DNA of 64,000 nt, from NCBI GenBank assembly GCA_050012475.1, contig JBEKHC010000001.1:122108-186107 (forward strand), read 5' to 3'. The position numbers were made by a program, and so were the translations under genes. The first letter of the stretch is position 1. Every line of letters starts with the position of its first letter. Under the pieces are notes generated by a model, which did not search any database, was not told the DNA's origin, and was given only the letters and a program-made list of their open reading frames with translations. Positions 19,886 to 30,666 of the stretch are shown here, piece after piece. This DNA comes from Candidatus Velthaea sp. (GTDB taxonomy: Bacteria; Vulcanimicrobiota; Vulcanimicrobiia; Vulcanimicrobiales; Vulcanimicrobiaceae).

Positions 19886-20967
19886 CGGGCGTGCCGGATC
19901 GTCGCGGCGCCCAGCACTTCATCTGAATCCGGATCGAACAGGGCGACCAGCTGCCCCGGGGTTACCGCGTGTTGCCGCTGCTCGAACGTCAGCTCGAGCG
20001 TCCCGTCGCCCGCGATGCTCGCGTGCGCCGTAAACGGTTGCGAACGATAGCGGGTCATCGCGCGAACCCGTGCCGAAGCGCCGGCAAAGCGTTCGGGACG
20101 AATGAGATTGACTTCATCGGCGATGAGGGCGTCGGCCCCCAACTCGTCGGAGCTGCCGATGACGATCGTGTTCGTAGCCGCATCGATGTGCGTCACGTAG
20201 CGTGGTCCGTTGCCGCCGGGCGGCAGGCCGCGCCGCTGCCCGACGGTGAAATTCATGACTCCGGCATGCGCGCCGACGCGCTCGCCGTCGGTCGTGCGAA
20301 TCTCGCCGCCGCTCGCCGCGTGCGGCGCAATGCGCGCCAAGACGTCGCGGTAGTCGCCGCCTTCGACGAAGCAGATGTCCTGCGACTCGGTCTTGCTGGC
20401 CACCGGCAGTCCGAGCCGCTCGGCGTGCGCGCGCGTTGCCGGCTTGTCGAGGTCACCGAGCGGCAGTAGAAGCGTTGCGAGCTGGCGGGGCGCGAGCTGG
20501 GCGAGGGTGTACGCTTGATCCTTGGCGTGCGCGCTGCGGAACAGATGCGGGCCGTCGGCGCGCTGTTCGACACGCGCGTAATGGCCGGTTGCGACGAAAC
20601 TTGCGCCCAGCCGTTCGGCGTAGCGCTGCAGCGTGCCGAGCTTAACGAAATTATTACAGCTGATGCACGGGTTGGGAGTGCGGCCGCTTGCATAGTCGCG
20701 CGCGAAGCGCTCGATCACGTTTGCCCGAAACGTTTCCTCGAAATCGAGCACGTAGTGCGGTATGCCCAGCGCCGCTGCGCTGCGCCGGGCGTCGTCGAAA
20801 TCGTCGGCGCCGCAGCACGATTTGGCGTGAGCGGCCTTGGTCGGAGCGTACATTTTCATCGTTACCCCAACCACGTCGTAGCCCGCTTCGGCCAGCAGCC
20901 CGGCGGCGACGGCCGAATCGACGCCGCCGCTCATTGCCGCGACAACGCGAAATCTTTGCGCAGTCAT
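19882..20967 (-). CDS. mnmA: tRNA 2-thiouridylase
   Basis: [49 protein letters not shown]. Confidence 0.97.
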   Translation of the reverse strand: MTAQRFRVVAAMSGGVDSAVAAGLLAEAGYDVVGVTMKMYAPTKAAHAKSCCGADDFDDARRSAAALGIPHYVLDFEETFRANVIERFARDYASGRTPNPCISCNNFVKLGTLQRYAERLGASFVATGHYARVEQRADGPHLFRSAHAKDQAYTLAQLAPRQLATLLLPLGDLDKPATRAHAERLGLPVASKTESQDICFVEGGDYRDVLARIAPHAASGGEIRTTDGERVGAHAGVMNFTVGQRRGLPPGGNGPRYVTHIDAATNTIVIGSSDELGADALIADEVNLIRPERFAGASARVRAMTRYRSQPFTAHASIAGDGTLELTFEQRQHAVTPGQLVALFDPDSDEVLGAATIRHAR

Positions 20968-21025
20968 ATCACGTGCGTAAACTCCGGGAAGGGGAGAACC
21001 GGATGCAGCCGCCAACGGTTGTGGT

Positions 21026-21793
21026 ATGTCTGCGCTCGGAGACACCTTCCGTACCGCGCGGGAGTCGCAAGGTTTGATGCTGTCGGACGTGGCCGAACGC
21101 ACCCACATCCGCTCGGTGTATCTTGAAGCGATCGAAGCGGAAGATTGGGAAGCGGTCGGGCCACCGGTGTACGTTCGCGGCTTCATCCGGACGTATGCTC
21201 GCTTCCTCGGACTCGATGGGGAGGCGGCAGCAGCCGCCTATGCGACGACGGTCCCGGGCGGGGCTCCGGCTTCATTCGCCCACGCGATCCCGCGCGCCGA
21301 GCCGTTGCTGGGCGACCGGGCCGGCGCGAGGAAACGCGGTCTGTCGATCGGGGCCGTTGCCGCCGTGCTCGTCGCGTTCGCGCTGGTGCTCTTCGTTGGT
21401 TTTCAATACGTCGACTTCCAGCGCGGCCAAACCGTGCCGGCCGGTGGCGTGAAGCCCGCGCCGGCGCGTCACAAAGCGCAACCCGAGCGGGCGGAGCGGG
21501 AGTTTCCGGCTTCGAGCCAGACCGCCGTTGCCGAAAACCGGCCGGCCAAGAGCGCGCCGGCGGCGCGCGGTTTCGCGGTTGCTCTGCGCGACAGCTCTTG
21601 GCTGCGCGTCGTCGTCGACGGTAAGCTCGAGATGGAAGGCGTGTACCCCAAAGGGACACAGCGGACGTTTGCCGGGCGCTCCGCGACGGTCCGGGTGGGA
21701 AACGCCGGCGGGGTCGACATCTCCGTGGACGGCAAGGACCTCGGCCCGATGGGCGGCTTGGGCGACGTCGCCGAACGCTCGTATCAGCGCTAG
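21026..21793 (+). CDS. rodZ: RodZ-like HTH membrane protein with DUF4115-like C-terminus
   Basis: [17 protein letters not shown], single [19 protein letters not shown]. Confidence 0.88.
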   Translation: MSALGDTFRTARESQGLMLSDVAERTHIRSVYLEAIEAEDWEAVGPPVYVRGFIRTYARFLGLDGEAAAAAYATTVPGGAPASFAHAIPRAEPLLGDRAGARKRGLSIGAVAAVLVAFALVLFVGFQYVDFQRGQTVPAGGVKPAPARHKAQPERAEREFPASSQTAVAENRPAKSAPAARGFAVALRDSSWLRVVVDGKLEMEGVYPKGTQRTFAGRSATVRVGNAGGVDISVDGKDLGPMGGLGDVAERSYQR

Positions 21794-21903
21794 AATTCGG
21801 CTTTGGCGCCGGATCGAGCGGCGGGTCACCTTTGCGGCGGCGCAGCCGGACCGCTTGACGCGGGCATAGGACGAACGCAACGCATCCGACGAAGTCCGCT
21901 GAC

Positions 21904-22395
21904 GTGGCCAGCGATAATTCGTTCGATGTCGTCTCCAAAGTCGACGCTCAAGAACTCGAGAATGCGCTCAACCAGGCGCGCAAAGAGATCGCCGGACGTT
22001 TCGATTTCAAAAACTCGGTCGCCGCGATCGAAAATACCGACAAAGAGATCACGCTGCTCGCCGACGACGAACTCAAGCTCAAGAACGTGATCGACATCCT
22101 GCAATCGAAAGCGATCAAACGCGGAATCGATATCAAAGCCTTCGATTACCAGAAAGCGGAGCCGGCAACGCACGGCGCCCTGCGTCAAAAGATCGTGCTG
22201 CGCTCGGGGATCCCCAAAGACAAGAGCAAACCCCTCATCGAAGCGATCAAGAACTCGAAGCTCAAGGTCAACGCGCAGTATCAAGACGAGCAGATCCGCA
22301 TCAGCAGCAAGTCCAAAGACGACCTGCAGAAGGTTCAAGCGTTGCTCAAAGCGATGGACTACGAACTCCCGCTGCAGTTCACGAACTACCGCTAG
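21904..22395 (+). CDS. yajQ: YajQ-family cyclic-di-GMP-binding protein
   Basis: SFDVVSKVD, RFDFKN, SKDDLQ, LQFTNYR. Confidence 0.95.
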   Translation: MASDNSFDVVSKVDAQELENALNQARKEIAGRFDFKNSVAAIENTDKEITLLADDELKLKNVIDILQSKAIKRGIDIKAFDYQKAEPATHGALRQKIVLRSGIPKDKSKPLIEAIKNSKLKVNAQYQDEQIRISSKSKDDLQKVQALLKAMDYELPLQFTNYR

Positions 22396-22456
22396 TGGAT
22401 TCGCCTCGGCTTCGCTCGACGAATCCATCGCGTTTGCGGCTTCGCCGCAAGCCGCC
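22396..22456. repeat. REP-like palindromic element, same family as 33007-33171
   Basis: TGGATTCG...CGAATCCA stem followed by TTGCGGCTTCGCCGCAA hairpin. Confidence 0.75.
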
Positions 22457-22492
22457 GTGGTCGCACATCGGGCAAAGCCCGACGCGCTACTA

Positions 22493-23878
22493 GTGCAAGC
22501 GCCGGCGCGCGGGCGCGTTGCTTTCGTTTCGCTCGGCTGTGCGAAGAATCTGGTCGATTCCGAGGTCATGATCGGCAAGCTCGGCGCTGCGGGCTGGGAG
22601 CTGGTTCCCGATGCGGCGGCGGCGGACACCGTCGTCATCAACACCTGCGCCTTCATCGATCCGGCGAAGGCGGAGTCGACCGACGTGATTCTCGAGCATG
22701 CCGCCAACAAGACACCCGGTCAGCAATTGATCGTTGCCGGCTGTCTGTCGCAGCGTTTCGGCGAGCAGCTCCAAGCGCTCATTCCCGAGATCGACGGCGT
22801 CGTCGGCACCGGTGCGTATGCCGGTATCGTCGAGTTGCTCGCCGACGCGCGCGCCGGCCGGCATCCGGTGCGCTTGCAGTTCGATGCCGAGCCCGAGCAC
22901 GATTTTCTGCCCCGGCTGATCACCACGCCGTCGGCGACCGCGTATCTCAAAGTGGCCGAGGGCTGCGATCATCCGTGCACGTTCTGCATCATTCCGGCGC
23001 TGCGCGGTCCGTTTCGCTCGCGCAGCGAGGAGTCGGTGCTCAAAGAAGCGCGCGCGCTGGCGGCGGGCGGGACCAAAGAGCTGATCCTCATCGCGCAAGA
23101 CACGTCGATGTACGGCCGCGACCGCGGCGCGCGCCGCGGGGGACTGGCCCGGCTGCTGCACGGCTTGCACGCGATCGACGGGCTGGAATGGCTTCGCTTA
23201 CTGTATTTGTACCCCGCGACCGTCGACGACGAATTGATCGACGCCATGGCTTCGCTACCCAAGGTCTGCAAGTACATGGATATGCCCTTGCAGCACACGC
23301 ACCCCGATGTGCTGCGCGCGATGCTGCGGCCGGGCAACGGCGAGCGCTACTTGGAGATCATCGACGAATTTCGACGCCGCATCCCGGGGATCACGATGCG
23401 CTCGACGTTCATCGTGGGTTTTCCGGGCGAGACCGCCGAGCACGTGGCGTATCTCGAAGACTGGATCGCGCGCGCTCAACTCGACCGCGTCGGCTTCTTC
23501 ACTTATTCGCGCGAGGAGGGGACGCCGGGGGCGGATTTGCCGGGTCAGATCGCGCAGCGTGAGAAACGCAAACGGCTCGTGCGGCTGCGCGAAGCGCAGC
23601 GGATTGCCTCGGAGCGCGCGCACGCCGCGCGCGTCGGTCAGACCGTGCGCGTCCTGGTCGAAGAGCGCCGCACGCTGCGCCGGACCGCGCCGCCGGCGGT
23701 CGCGCTGGCGGCAACGGAGCTGTGCGCCGGCCGTTCGCAGGCCGAAGCGCCGGGAGTCGACGGCGCGATTTATTTTCGCGCCGACCTGCCGCTGGGCTCA
23801 TTCGCCGACGTGCGGCTCGACGGCTGCGGCGCTTTCGACTTCTACGGAACGGCGGTGCCGGCGGTGGTTCCGGTTTGA
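22493..23878 (+). CDS. rimO: Ribosomal protein S12 methylthiotransferase
   Basis: SLGCAKNLVDSE, NTCAFI, AEGCDHPCTFCIIP, IVGFPGET, APGVDG; alternative start 22457. Confidence 0.95.
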   Translation: MQAPARGRVAFVSLGCAKNLVDSEVMIGKLGAAGWELVPDAAAADTVVINTCAFIDPAKAESTDVILEHAANKTPGQQLIVAGCLSQRFGEQLQALIPEIDGVVGTGAYAGIVELLADARAGRHPVRLQFDAEPEHDFLPRLITTPSATAYLKVAEGCDHPCTFCIIPALRGPFRSRSEESVLKEARALAAGGTKELILIAQDTSMYGRDRGARRGGLARLLHGLHAIDGLEWLRLLYLYPATVDDELIDAMASLPKVCKYMDMPLQHTHPDVLRAMLRPGNGERYLEIIDEFRRRIPGITMRSTFIVGFPGETAEHVAYLEDWIARAQLDRVGFFTYSREEGTPGADLPGQIAQREKRKRLVRLREAQRIASERAHAARVGQTVRVLVEERRTLRRTAPPAVALAATELCAGRSQAEAPGVDGAIYFRADLPLGSFADVRLDGCGAFDFYGTAVPAVVPV

Positions 23879-25212
23879 GGCCCGCGCGGCGTTGGTTTCC
23901 GTACGCGTTTCTGGCCGCGATGCTCGTCGTCGCTACCGTCTGCGGGGTGCTGGCGACGCGCATGGTGCAGACGGGCAATCTCAACCCGGTGACGACCGCC
24001 GTCACGTTCTTCGTGCCGTCGCCCGAAACGGTCTTCGGCCGCGACCGGATCTACGTGCTCTTGCTGGGCATCGACTACAACTACGACAGCAAAGATCAAG
24101 AATATTCGACCCAGGCGCGCAGCGACACGATCATGGCCGCCGGACTCGATTTCCCGACCAAAGCGGTCAAGATCGTCTCGGTGCCGCGTGACATGGCGGC
24201 GACGATTCGCGGTCGCGACGACAAGATCAACAGCGCGTTCGCCGTCGGCGGCGAAGGATATGCCGATACCGTGGTCGGCAGTTGGCTGGGCCTGGCGAAG
24301 AACGAGCCGAAAAGCTATTTCGACCGCTTCATCGTGCTCAAGATCAACGCCACCAAAGAGCTCGTCGATGCCATCGGCGGCATCGACGTTCCGGTTGCCG
24401 AGCAGATGGACTACGACGATAGCTGGGGCCACCTGCACATTCACTTCAAACCCGGGCTGACGCATATGAACGGCGAGCAGGCCGTTTCGTACAGCCGTTT
24501 CCGGCACGATGCGTGCAGCGATCCGTGCCGCATCAAACGTCAGCAGCAAGTCTTGCAAATCACCGTCGCCAAGCTGAAATCCGACAAATTCAACGATCTC
24601 GCGCATATCGGCGCGCTCATCGGCGTCATCAACCGCAACGTCACGACGAATCTGTCCGACGACGAGAAGAAGAGCCTGGCCTGGTATTACCGGGATTTCA
24701 ATTTGGCCGATCTCAAGACCGACCAGATAACGTATACCGGCACCGTGCAGACGGACTCGGGCGAGGCGCTCGTGCCCGACCAGAAGCAACGCGCGGCAGC
24801 GGTCGCGGTACTGACCGGAGTCTACGTGCGCGAGACGCCGCCGCCGGCACCGGGTCCGGTCGCCGCGGTGCCGCCCTCGCACGTTCACATCGCCGTCGAA
24901 AACGGCAGCGGCCAGAGCGGACTAGGCGCGAAGATGGCCGATCAGCTGCGCCGCCGCGGATTCGTGGTCGACCGCGTGGCGAACGCCGATGCTTTCACGT
25001 ACGACACGACCATCATCCACGAACATTCTGCGACAAGCGGCGTGGGCGAACTCGTGCGCGTCAAGCTGGCGCTCAAAACTGCCGCCGTCACCGCGATGCC
25101 GAGCCCGGGACCCAGCGCGACGGCGGCGCCGGAAACCACCGACGTGACCGTGATCGTCGGCCGCGACTTTTCCAACGCGCTCGCGGCTTCTGCCGTAAAG
25201 GCATCGCAATAG
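23875..25212 (+). CDS. LCP-family protein with LytR C-terminal domain
   Basis: N-terminal TM, RSDTIM, SVPRD, KINSAF, RFRHD, RIKRQQ, VENGSGQSGLG. Confidence 0.92.
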   Translation: MRPARRWFPYAFLAAMLVVATVCGVLATRMVQTGNLNPVTTAVTFFVPSPETVFGRDRIYVLLLGIDYNYDSKDQEYSTQARSDTIMAAGLDFPTKAVKIVSVPRDMAATIRGRDDKINSAFAVGGEGYADTVVGSWLGLAKNEPKSYFDRFIVLKINATKELVDAIGGIDVPVAEQMDYDDSWGHLHIHFKPGLTHMNGEQAVSYSRFRHDACSDPCRIKRQQQVLQITVAKLKSDKFNDLAHIGALIGVINRNVTTNLSDDEKKSLAWYYRDFNLADLKTDQITYTGTVQTDSGEALVPDQKQRAAAVAVLTGVYVRETPPPAPGPVAAVPPSHVHIAVENGSGQSGLGAKMADQLRRRGFVVDRVANADAFTYDTTIIHEHSATSGVGELVRVKLALKTAAVTAMPSPGPSATAAPETTDVTVIVGRDFSNALAASAVKASQ

Positions 25213-26066
25213 CCGCTCGAACGCGCATCCTGGCTCTCGTCGCGCTGGCCGTCTTCGCCCTGGCCGCCTATGGCGGATACCGGCTGTATCGGCGCACGGA
25301 CGCGTTGGGCGCCCCCGCGCTGGTCACGCCCGCGATGGACGTTCACCGGCTGCTGTCGCCCTCGCTGGCCGTACGCTGGGACCGGCTCATTCACGGCAAT
25401 GCGCCGCCGACGGGTCCGCGGCCCAAACTCGTGGCCCTGACCTTCGATGACGGGCCGTATCCGGTCGACACGCCGCTCCTGCTCGACGTGCTGAGCGACC
25501 TCCACGTGCCGGCGACCTTCTTTTTGATCGGCCGCGATGCCGAGCAGTACCCCGAACTGGTTCGGCGGATCGCTGCGAGCGGTGGTGAGATCGCGGATCA
25601 CACCTTGACCCATCCCAACTTGGCGGCGCTCGATGATGCGGCGGTGCGGCGCGAGATCGACGACGGCGCCGCGGAGTTGGGCCGGCTGGTTGCCGATCCG
25701 GCCATCCACACCCTCATGCGGCCGCCCCACGGCCGCTACCGGGAAGCGACGCTGCGGGTAGCGCAAGCCGCCGGTTACGACGTCGTGCTGTGGAACGACG
25801 ACCCCGGCGATTGGCGCAGCGTCGGCCCTGCCGAGCTTGCGCGCCATATCCTGGCCCACGCGACGGCCCCCGAGATCCTCTTGCTGCACAGCGGACGCCT
25901 GGCCACCATCGCGATGCTGCCGGGCGTCGTCGGCTCCTTTCGCTCCGCGGGCTACCGCTTCGTCACCGTGGGTGACCTGCTCAAAAGCGTGGGGCCCGAC
26001 GAGCTCAATCATCCACGCAAAGCACCGCTCGCGGAAAGTAACCGGGGAATCGCTGTCCAACCCTAG
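25209..26066 (+). CDS. Polysaccharide deacetylase (NodB/CE4), membrane anchored; start codon uncertain
   Basis: LTFDDGP, ATFFLIG, DHTLTHPNL, RPPHG, ILLLH. Confidence 0.88.
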   Translation: MAARTRILALVALAVFALAAYGGYRLYRRTDALGAPALVTPAMDVHRLLSPSLAVRWDRLIHGNAPPTGPRPKLVALTFDDGPYPVDTPLLLDVLSDLHVPATFFLIGRDAEQYPELVRRIAASGGEIADHTLTHPNLAALDDAAVRREIDDGAAELGRLVADPAIHTLMRPPHGRYREATLRVAQAAGYDVVLWNDDPGDWRSVGPAELARHILAHATAPEILLLHSGRLATIAMLPGVVGSFRSAGYRFVTVGDLLKSVGPDELNHPRKAPLAESNRGIAVQP

Positions 26067-26137
26067 GGATGTGGCCGCAACGTCCGCCAACCCCGCCCGG
26101 GTCCGGTGAGAATGCGGTCGACGAAAGGGACACGACT

Positions 26138-26305
26138 TTGAAAAATTCGGTGCGCAACGAGGCGCAGCTGGCCGGGATCGGCGCAATCGTCGTGGCGGTC
26201 GCCGTTCTCGTTCTCTTTTTTGCGCTGACCCAAGCAGGCTTGGGGTCCGGCAACGCAACCACGACGAGCGCCCCCGCCCAGTCCGACGCAGCGAAGAGTC
26301 AATAA
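26138..26305 (+). CDS. Small single-TM protein upstream of secA
   Basis: AAAGGGA RBS then TTG; GIGAIVVAVAVLVLFFAL. Confidence 0.6.
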   Translation: MKNSVRNEAQLAGIGAIVVAVAVLVLFFALTQAGLGSGNATTTSAPAQSDAAKSQ

Positions 26306-26437
26306 CGGCCGTTCGCTTCCGGCCGGCCGGCGGTGCGGGGCGACATCGTCCCGCCGTTCCGGACGGCAACAGGATTCGGTCAAGCCGATTGCCCTTAGCC
26401 GGGGAACCGGATTTCGCGCCGAACGGTTATAGCACGT

Positions 26438-29164
26438 ATGGCTTTCCTCAAGGCACTTTTCGACGGTAACGAACGCGAGGTCGCGCGGCTGCGCAAGACG
26501 GCCGACCGTGTCAACGCGCTCGAGCCCCAAACCGCGCAGCTCTCCGATACCGAACTGACGGCAAAAACGCTGGAGTTCAAGGCGCGCGTCGCCGCTGCGA
26601 CGACGCCGGACCACACGCGCGTGCTGCTCGACGAACTGCTGCCCGAGGCATTCGCGGTCGTCCGCGAAGCCGGGAAGCGGGTTTTGCAGATGCGCCACTT
26701 CGACGTCCAGATCATGGGCGGTCAAGTGCTGCACGAAGGAAAAGTCGCCGAGATGCGCACCGGCGAGGGCAAAACCCTCGTCGCGACGCTGGCAGTGTAT
26801 CTGAACGCACTCGCCGGTAAGGGCGTCCACGTGGTCACCGTCAACGACTACTTGGCCAAGCGCGACGCCGAGTGGATGTCCCCGCTCTACAATTTTTTGG
26901 GCATGTCGGTCGGGGTGATCCAGCACGACCTCGAGTCGGCCTCGCGCCGCGCCGCCTATGAGTCGGACATCACGTACGTCACCAACAACGAGATCGGGTT
27001 CGACTATCTGCGCGACAACATGGCCTGGCGGCTCGAAGACATGGTGCAGCGTCCGCTCAACTATGCCATCGTCGACGAAGTCGATTCGATCCTCATCGAC
27101 GAGGCGCGCACGCCGCTCATCATCAGCGGTCAAGGCCACGATGCCACCGAGTTGTACGGCAAGTTCGCTCAAGTCATCCCGCGGCTGCGCAAGGACGAAG
27201 ACTTCACCGTCGATGAGAAAGCCCACGCCGTTCCAATCACCGAGAGCGGCGTGGCTAAGGTCGAGAAGATGCTGGGCGTCAGCAACCTCTACGATCAGCG
27301 CAATCTCGAGCTGACGCATCAGCTCAACGCCGCGCTCAAAGCGTGGAATCTGTTCCATCGCGACCAGCAGTACATCGTCAAAGAGGGCGAAGTCGTCATC
27401 GTCGACGAGTTCACCGGACGGTTGATGTACGGCCGGCGCTACTCCGACGGGATCCACCAGGCGATCGAGGCCAAAGAAGGCTTGGCGGTCCGCAGCGAAG
27501 ATCAAACGCTGGCCACCATCACGTTCCAGAATTACTTCCGGCTCTACGACAAGCTCGCCGGCATGACCGGAACGGCCAAGACCGAGGATCGCGAGTTTCG
27601 CGAAATTTACGGGCTCGACGTCGTCGTCATGCCGACGAACATGCCGGTCAAGCGCAAAGACTTTGCCGACATCGTCTATCGCACCGAAAACGCGAAGTTC
27701 GATTCGGTGGTCGAGGAGATCATCCGCGAGCACGATACTGGCCGGCCGGTGCTCGTGGGCACGCGTTCGATCGAGAAATCCGAGCGCCTGGCGATGCTGC
27801 TGCGCAATCGCGGCGTCGAGTGCAACGTCCTCAACGCCAAATATCACGAACAGGAAGCGCAGATCATCAAGGATGCCGGTCAGTGGGGGGCGGTCACGAT
27901 CGCCACCAACATGGCTGGCCGCGGCGTCGACATCAAGCTGGGCGAAGGCGTCGCCGCGCTCGGCGGCCTGCACATCATCGGCACCGAGCGGCACGAGTCG
28001 CGGCGGATCGATAACCAGTTGCGCGGGCGGTCCGGACGGCAGGGCGACCTGGGTTCGACCCGGTTCTACATCGCGCTGGACGACGAGCTCATGCGGCTTT
28101 TCGGCGCCGAGCGCATTCAAAAGATGATGGATTTCGTCAAGTTCACCGACGAGACGCCGATCGAAGCCGGGATCCTCTCGAAATCGATCGAGAACGCGCA
28201 ATCCAAAGTCGAGAACCACAACTACGAGATCCGCAAACAGGTTCTCGAGTACGACGACGTCATGAACAAGCAGCGCGAGATCATCTACGGCGAGCGCCGG
28301 CGCGTGCTGCAAGGCGAGTCGATGCGTGATTTCATGCTCGATACGCTCAAGACCAAGATCGACTACGCCGTCGACAGCGGCGCGCCGCCCGAAGAGCATC
28401 CCAGCGAATGGGACCTCGACGAAGTGCTCAACGAAGTCGAGCTGATCTTTCCGGTGCGCGAGCACATCACGGTCGAAGAGCTCGAGAAGCTCGATCGTGA
28501 CGCGATGAAGGAGCGGCTCTACGCGCTCGGCTTGGCGGCGTACGAAGCCAAAGAAGCCGAAGTTTCGCCCGAGATCATGCGCATGATCGAGTCGCAATAC
28601 ATTATGCTGCCGATCATCGACCGGATGTGGGTCGATCATCTGTACGTGATGGATGCGCTCAAGTCGGGCATCGGGCTGCGCGGCTACGGCCAAAAAGACC
28701 CGCGCGTCGAATACGAAAAAGAAGCCTACGAGATTTTCGAGGACCTCAAGAACAACATCGCCGACGAAGCGATCAAATCGGTGTTCGCGGTGCGGATCGA
28801 GCGGACCGAAGAAGGAGCGCCGCCGCCGGACGAGCTCGCCGAGCTGCCGCCGGCCGGCGCCGCGTTCGAGAACGGCATCGCGGCCAACGGCGTCGCGACG
28901 AGTTCGCTGCCCAATCTTGCCTTCGAGCCCGTACCCGCCGGCGCGCTCTTGCCTCAGGCGGCGCCGTCCCGGCTCGATCCGGCCACGGCCGAGCGGCTGC
29001 TGGGTCCGGCGCCGCGGGCCGCCGCCTCCAACATGCACACCAATTTGGGCGATGACGGCGCGGGGTCCCGGCAAAAAGCGGCGCCGGAAAAAGTCGGCCG
29101 CAACGACCAGTGCCCGTGCGGTTCGGGCAAGAAATATAAGCGCTGCCACGGAGCCGCCGCCTAA
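26438..29164 (+). CDS. secA: Preprotein translocase SecA
   Basis: [50 protein letters not shown]. Confidence 0.99.
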   Translation: MAFLKALFDGNEREVARLRKTADRVNALEPQTAQLSDTELTAKTLEFKARVAAATTPDHTRVLLDELLPEAFAVVREAGKRVLQMRHFDVQIMGGQVLHEGKVAEMRTGEGKTLVATLAVYLNALAGKGVHVVTVNDYLAKRDAEWMSPLYNFLGMSVGVIQHDLESASRRAAYESDITYVTNNEIGFDYLRDNMAWRLEDMVQRPLNYAIVDEVDSILIDEARTPLIISGQGHDATELYGKFAQVIPRLRKDEDFTVDEKAHAVPITESGVAKVEKMLGVSNLYDQRNLELTHQLNAALKAWNLFHRDQQYIVKEGEVVIVDEFTGRLMYGRRYSDGIHQAIEAKEGLAVRSEDQTLATITFQNYFRLYDKLAGMTGTAKTEDREFREIYGLDVVVMPTNMPVKRKDFADIVYRTENAKFDSVVEEIIREHDTGRPVLVGTRSIEKSERLAMLLRNRGVECNVLNAKYHEQEAQIIKDAGQWGAVTIATNMAGRGVDIKLGEGVAALGGLHIIGTERHESRRIDNQLRGRSGRQGDLGSTRFYIALDDELMRLFGAERIQKMMDFVKFTDETPIEAGILSKSIENAQSKVENHNYEIRKQVLEYDDVMNKQREIIYGERRRVLQGESMRDFMLDTLKTKIDYAVDSGAPPEEHPSEWDLDEVLNEVELIFPVREHITVEELEKLDRDAMKERLYALGLAAYEAKEAEVSPEIMRMIESQYIMLPIIDRMWVDHLYVMDALKSGIGLRGYGQKDPRVEYEKEAYEIFEDLKNNIADEAIKSVFAVRIERTEEGAPPPDELAELPPAGAAFENGIAANGVATSSLPNLAFEPVPAGALLPQAAPSRLDPATAERLLGPAPRAAASNMHTNLGDDGAGSRQKAAPEKVGRNDQCPCGSGKKYKRCHGAAA

Positions 29165-29222
29165 CCGATCTGTCGCGTTGCCGCCCGAGGTAAAAGGTTA
29201 GCCTCGAATTGCCGATGGGAAC

Positions 29223-30497
29223 ATGCTCGGCTACGCGGCGTCGGCTCCGTCAAAGGTGCGATTGCCTTCCTCCGGCGGTGTCAGCGAGGACATCCAGCGA
29301 CAGCTTGTCGAGATGCTCTTTGCGCAGCGAGCAACGCTCTTGGCCGGCGGGTTCGCGATGGCACTGGCCGAGCTGATCTGCTGGCTGCGTACGGGTCAAC
29401 GATGGCTGATCGTGGCCGCAATAGCGACCCTCGGCGCGCTGGCGGTCCGCCTGGCGATCGAGTGGGCTTTTCACCATCGGTCCGACCGCCGGACCGGCAT
29501 TCGCGCCTGGCATCTGCGCTTCGTGGCCGGAGCGTGGCTGGCCGGAATCATGTGGGGAGCGGTCGCGCTGTCGATCGTGACGCGCAGCGATCCGTTCGTT
29601 CAGATGTTCTTGATCTCGCTCGAAACGTCGACCATCATGGGCGGCGCGGCGCGCAATGCGTCCAGCCCTCTTGCCGCGATCGGTCAGTCCGTCCTCGGGC
29701 TGGCGCCGCTCTTCGTTGCTTGCATCGCAACGCTGGACCGCTACTACCTCGCCTTCAGCGTGTATATCGTGTTCGCGTTTCTGGGCGCCCTCGTGCTGGT
29801 GCGCTCCTTGTACAGCCACCACGTGCGGTTCCTGATCACGAACGAAGAGAAAGTAAACCTCGTGGGCGAGATTCGGCGAGCCAATCTCGAACTCGGCGCG
29901 GCGGACGAGCTGCTCGAAACGGCTGCCACCACGGATTCGCTCACCGGCATCGCTAATCGGCGCCGCTTCGATGCGGTCTTGGCCCATGGAGTCAGCCGGG
30001 CCGCGCGCGAGCGCTCGGAGCTGGCGCTGCTGATCATCGATTTTGACTCGTTCAAGGGATACAACGATCTCTATGGCCACCAGGCCGGCGATGCGGCCTT
30101 GCAACGCGTTGCACAAGCGCTGTGGACCAATTTACGGCGCAAAAGCGATCTCGTCGCCCGCTACGGCGGGGAAGAGTTTGCCGCGGTCCTGCCCCAGACC
30201 GATGCGGGATCCGCGCTTGCACTCGCGGAGGGCGTTCGCGGAGCGGTCGAGGCGTTGGCGTTACTCAATGCCGCTGGTCCCGCCGGCGTTCTCTCGGTGA
30301 GCATCCGCGTCGCCAGCTTCGACCCCGGGCGCTTTCGGGGGCCCGAAGATTTCCTTCGCGGCGCGGACGAAGCGCTCTATGCCGCCAAAGCCGCAGGAAG
30401 GAACTGCGTGCGACTCTTCGCCGACGCCGACGCTGACGACGGCGGGCGGTCCGTGGCGGCAGGCGGATGCGAGGCAGGGGCTGCCGCTGGGGCTTGA
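29223..30497 (+). CDS. Membrane diguanylate cyclase
   Basis: Multiple TMs, RKSD I-site, GGEEF. Confidence 0.9.
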   Translation: MLGYAASAPSKVRLPSSGGVSEDIQRQLVEMLFAQRATLLAGGFAMALAELICWLRTGQRWLIVAAIATLGALAVRLAIEWAFHHRSDRRTGIRAWHLRFVAGAWLAGIMWGAVALSIVTRSDPFVQMFLISLETSTIMGGAARNASSPLAAIGQSVLGLAPLFVACIATLDRYYLAFSVYIVFAFLGALVLVRSLYSHHVRFLITNEEKVNLVGEIRRANLELGAADELLETAATTDSLTGIANRRRFDAVLAHGVSRAARERSELALLIIDFDSFKGYNDLYGHQAGDAALQRVAQALWTNLRRKSDLVARYGGEEFAAVLPQTDAGSALALAEGVRGAVEALALLNAAGPAGVLSVSIRVASFDPGRFRGPEDFLRGADEALYAAKAAGRNCVRLFADADADDGGRSVAAGGCEAGAAAGA

Positions 30498-30666
30498 GTG
30501 CTCGGGCCGGCGAAAACCGCGCGTTGCGTGCGTTGCGCCGCTCGCAAACTGCCGATAGAAAAGGCATGGCCGGCAGAGCAAGGGGCATGCTCTTGGTTCA
30601 CCTCGTGGAGGTGGCCGGTTTTCGCGCTCGCCGCGGCTCGTTCGGATTGAAAGACACGCGGGCGGG

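Noticed and set aside
26063..29149. 1028-aa antisense ORF and similar long shadow ORFs (e.g. 3760-5469, 56274-57578)
   Set aside because: Antisense to well-supported genes, a common artifact of GC-rich codon bias, with no recognisable motifs
30498..30666. c-di-GMP riboswitch between the two cyclases
   Set aside because: Inverted repeats are present, but I could not find the GEMM core architecture; needs an Infernal scan
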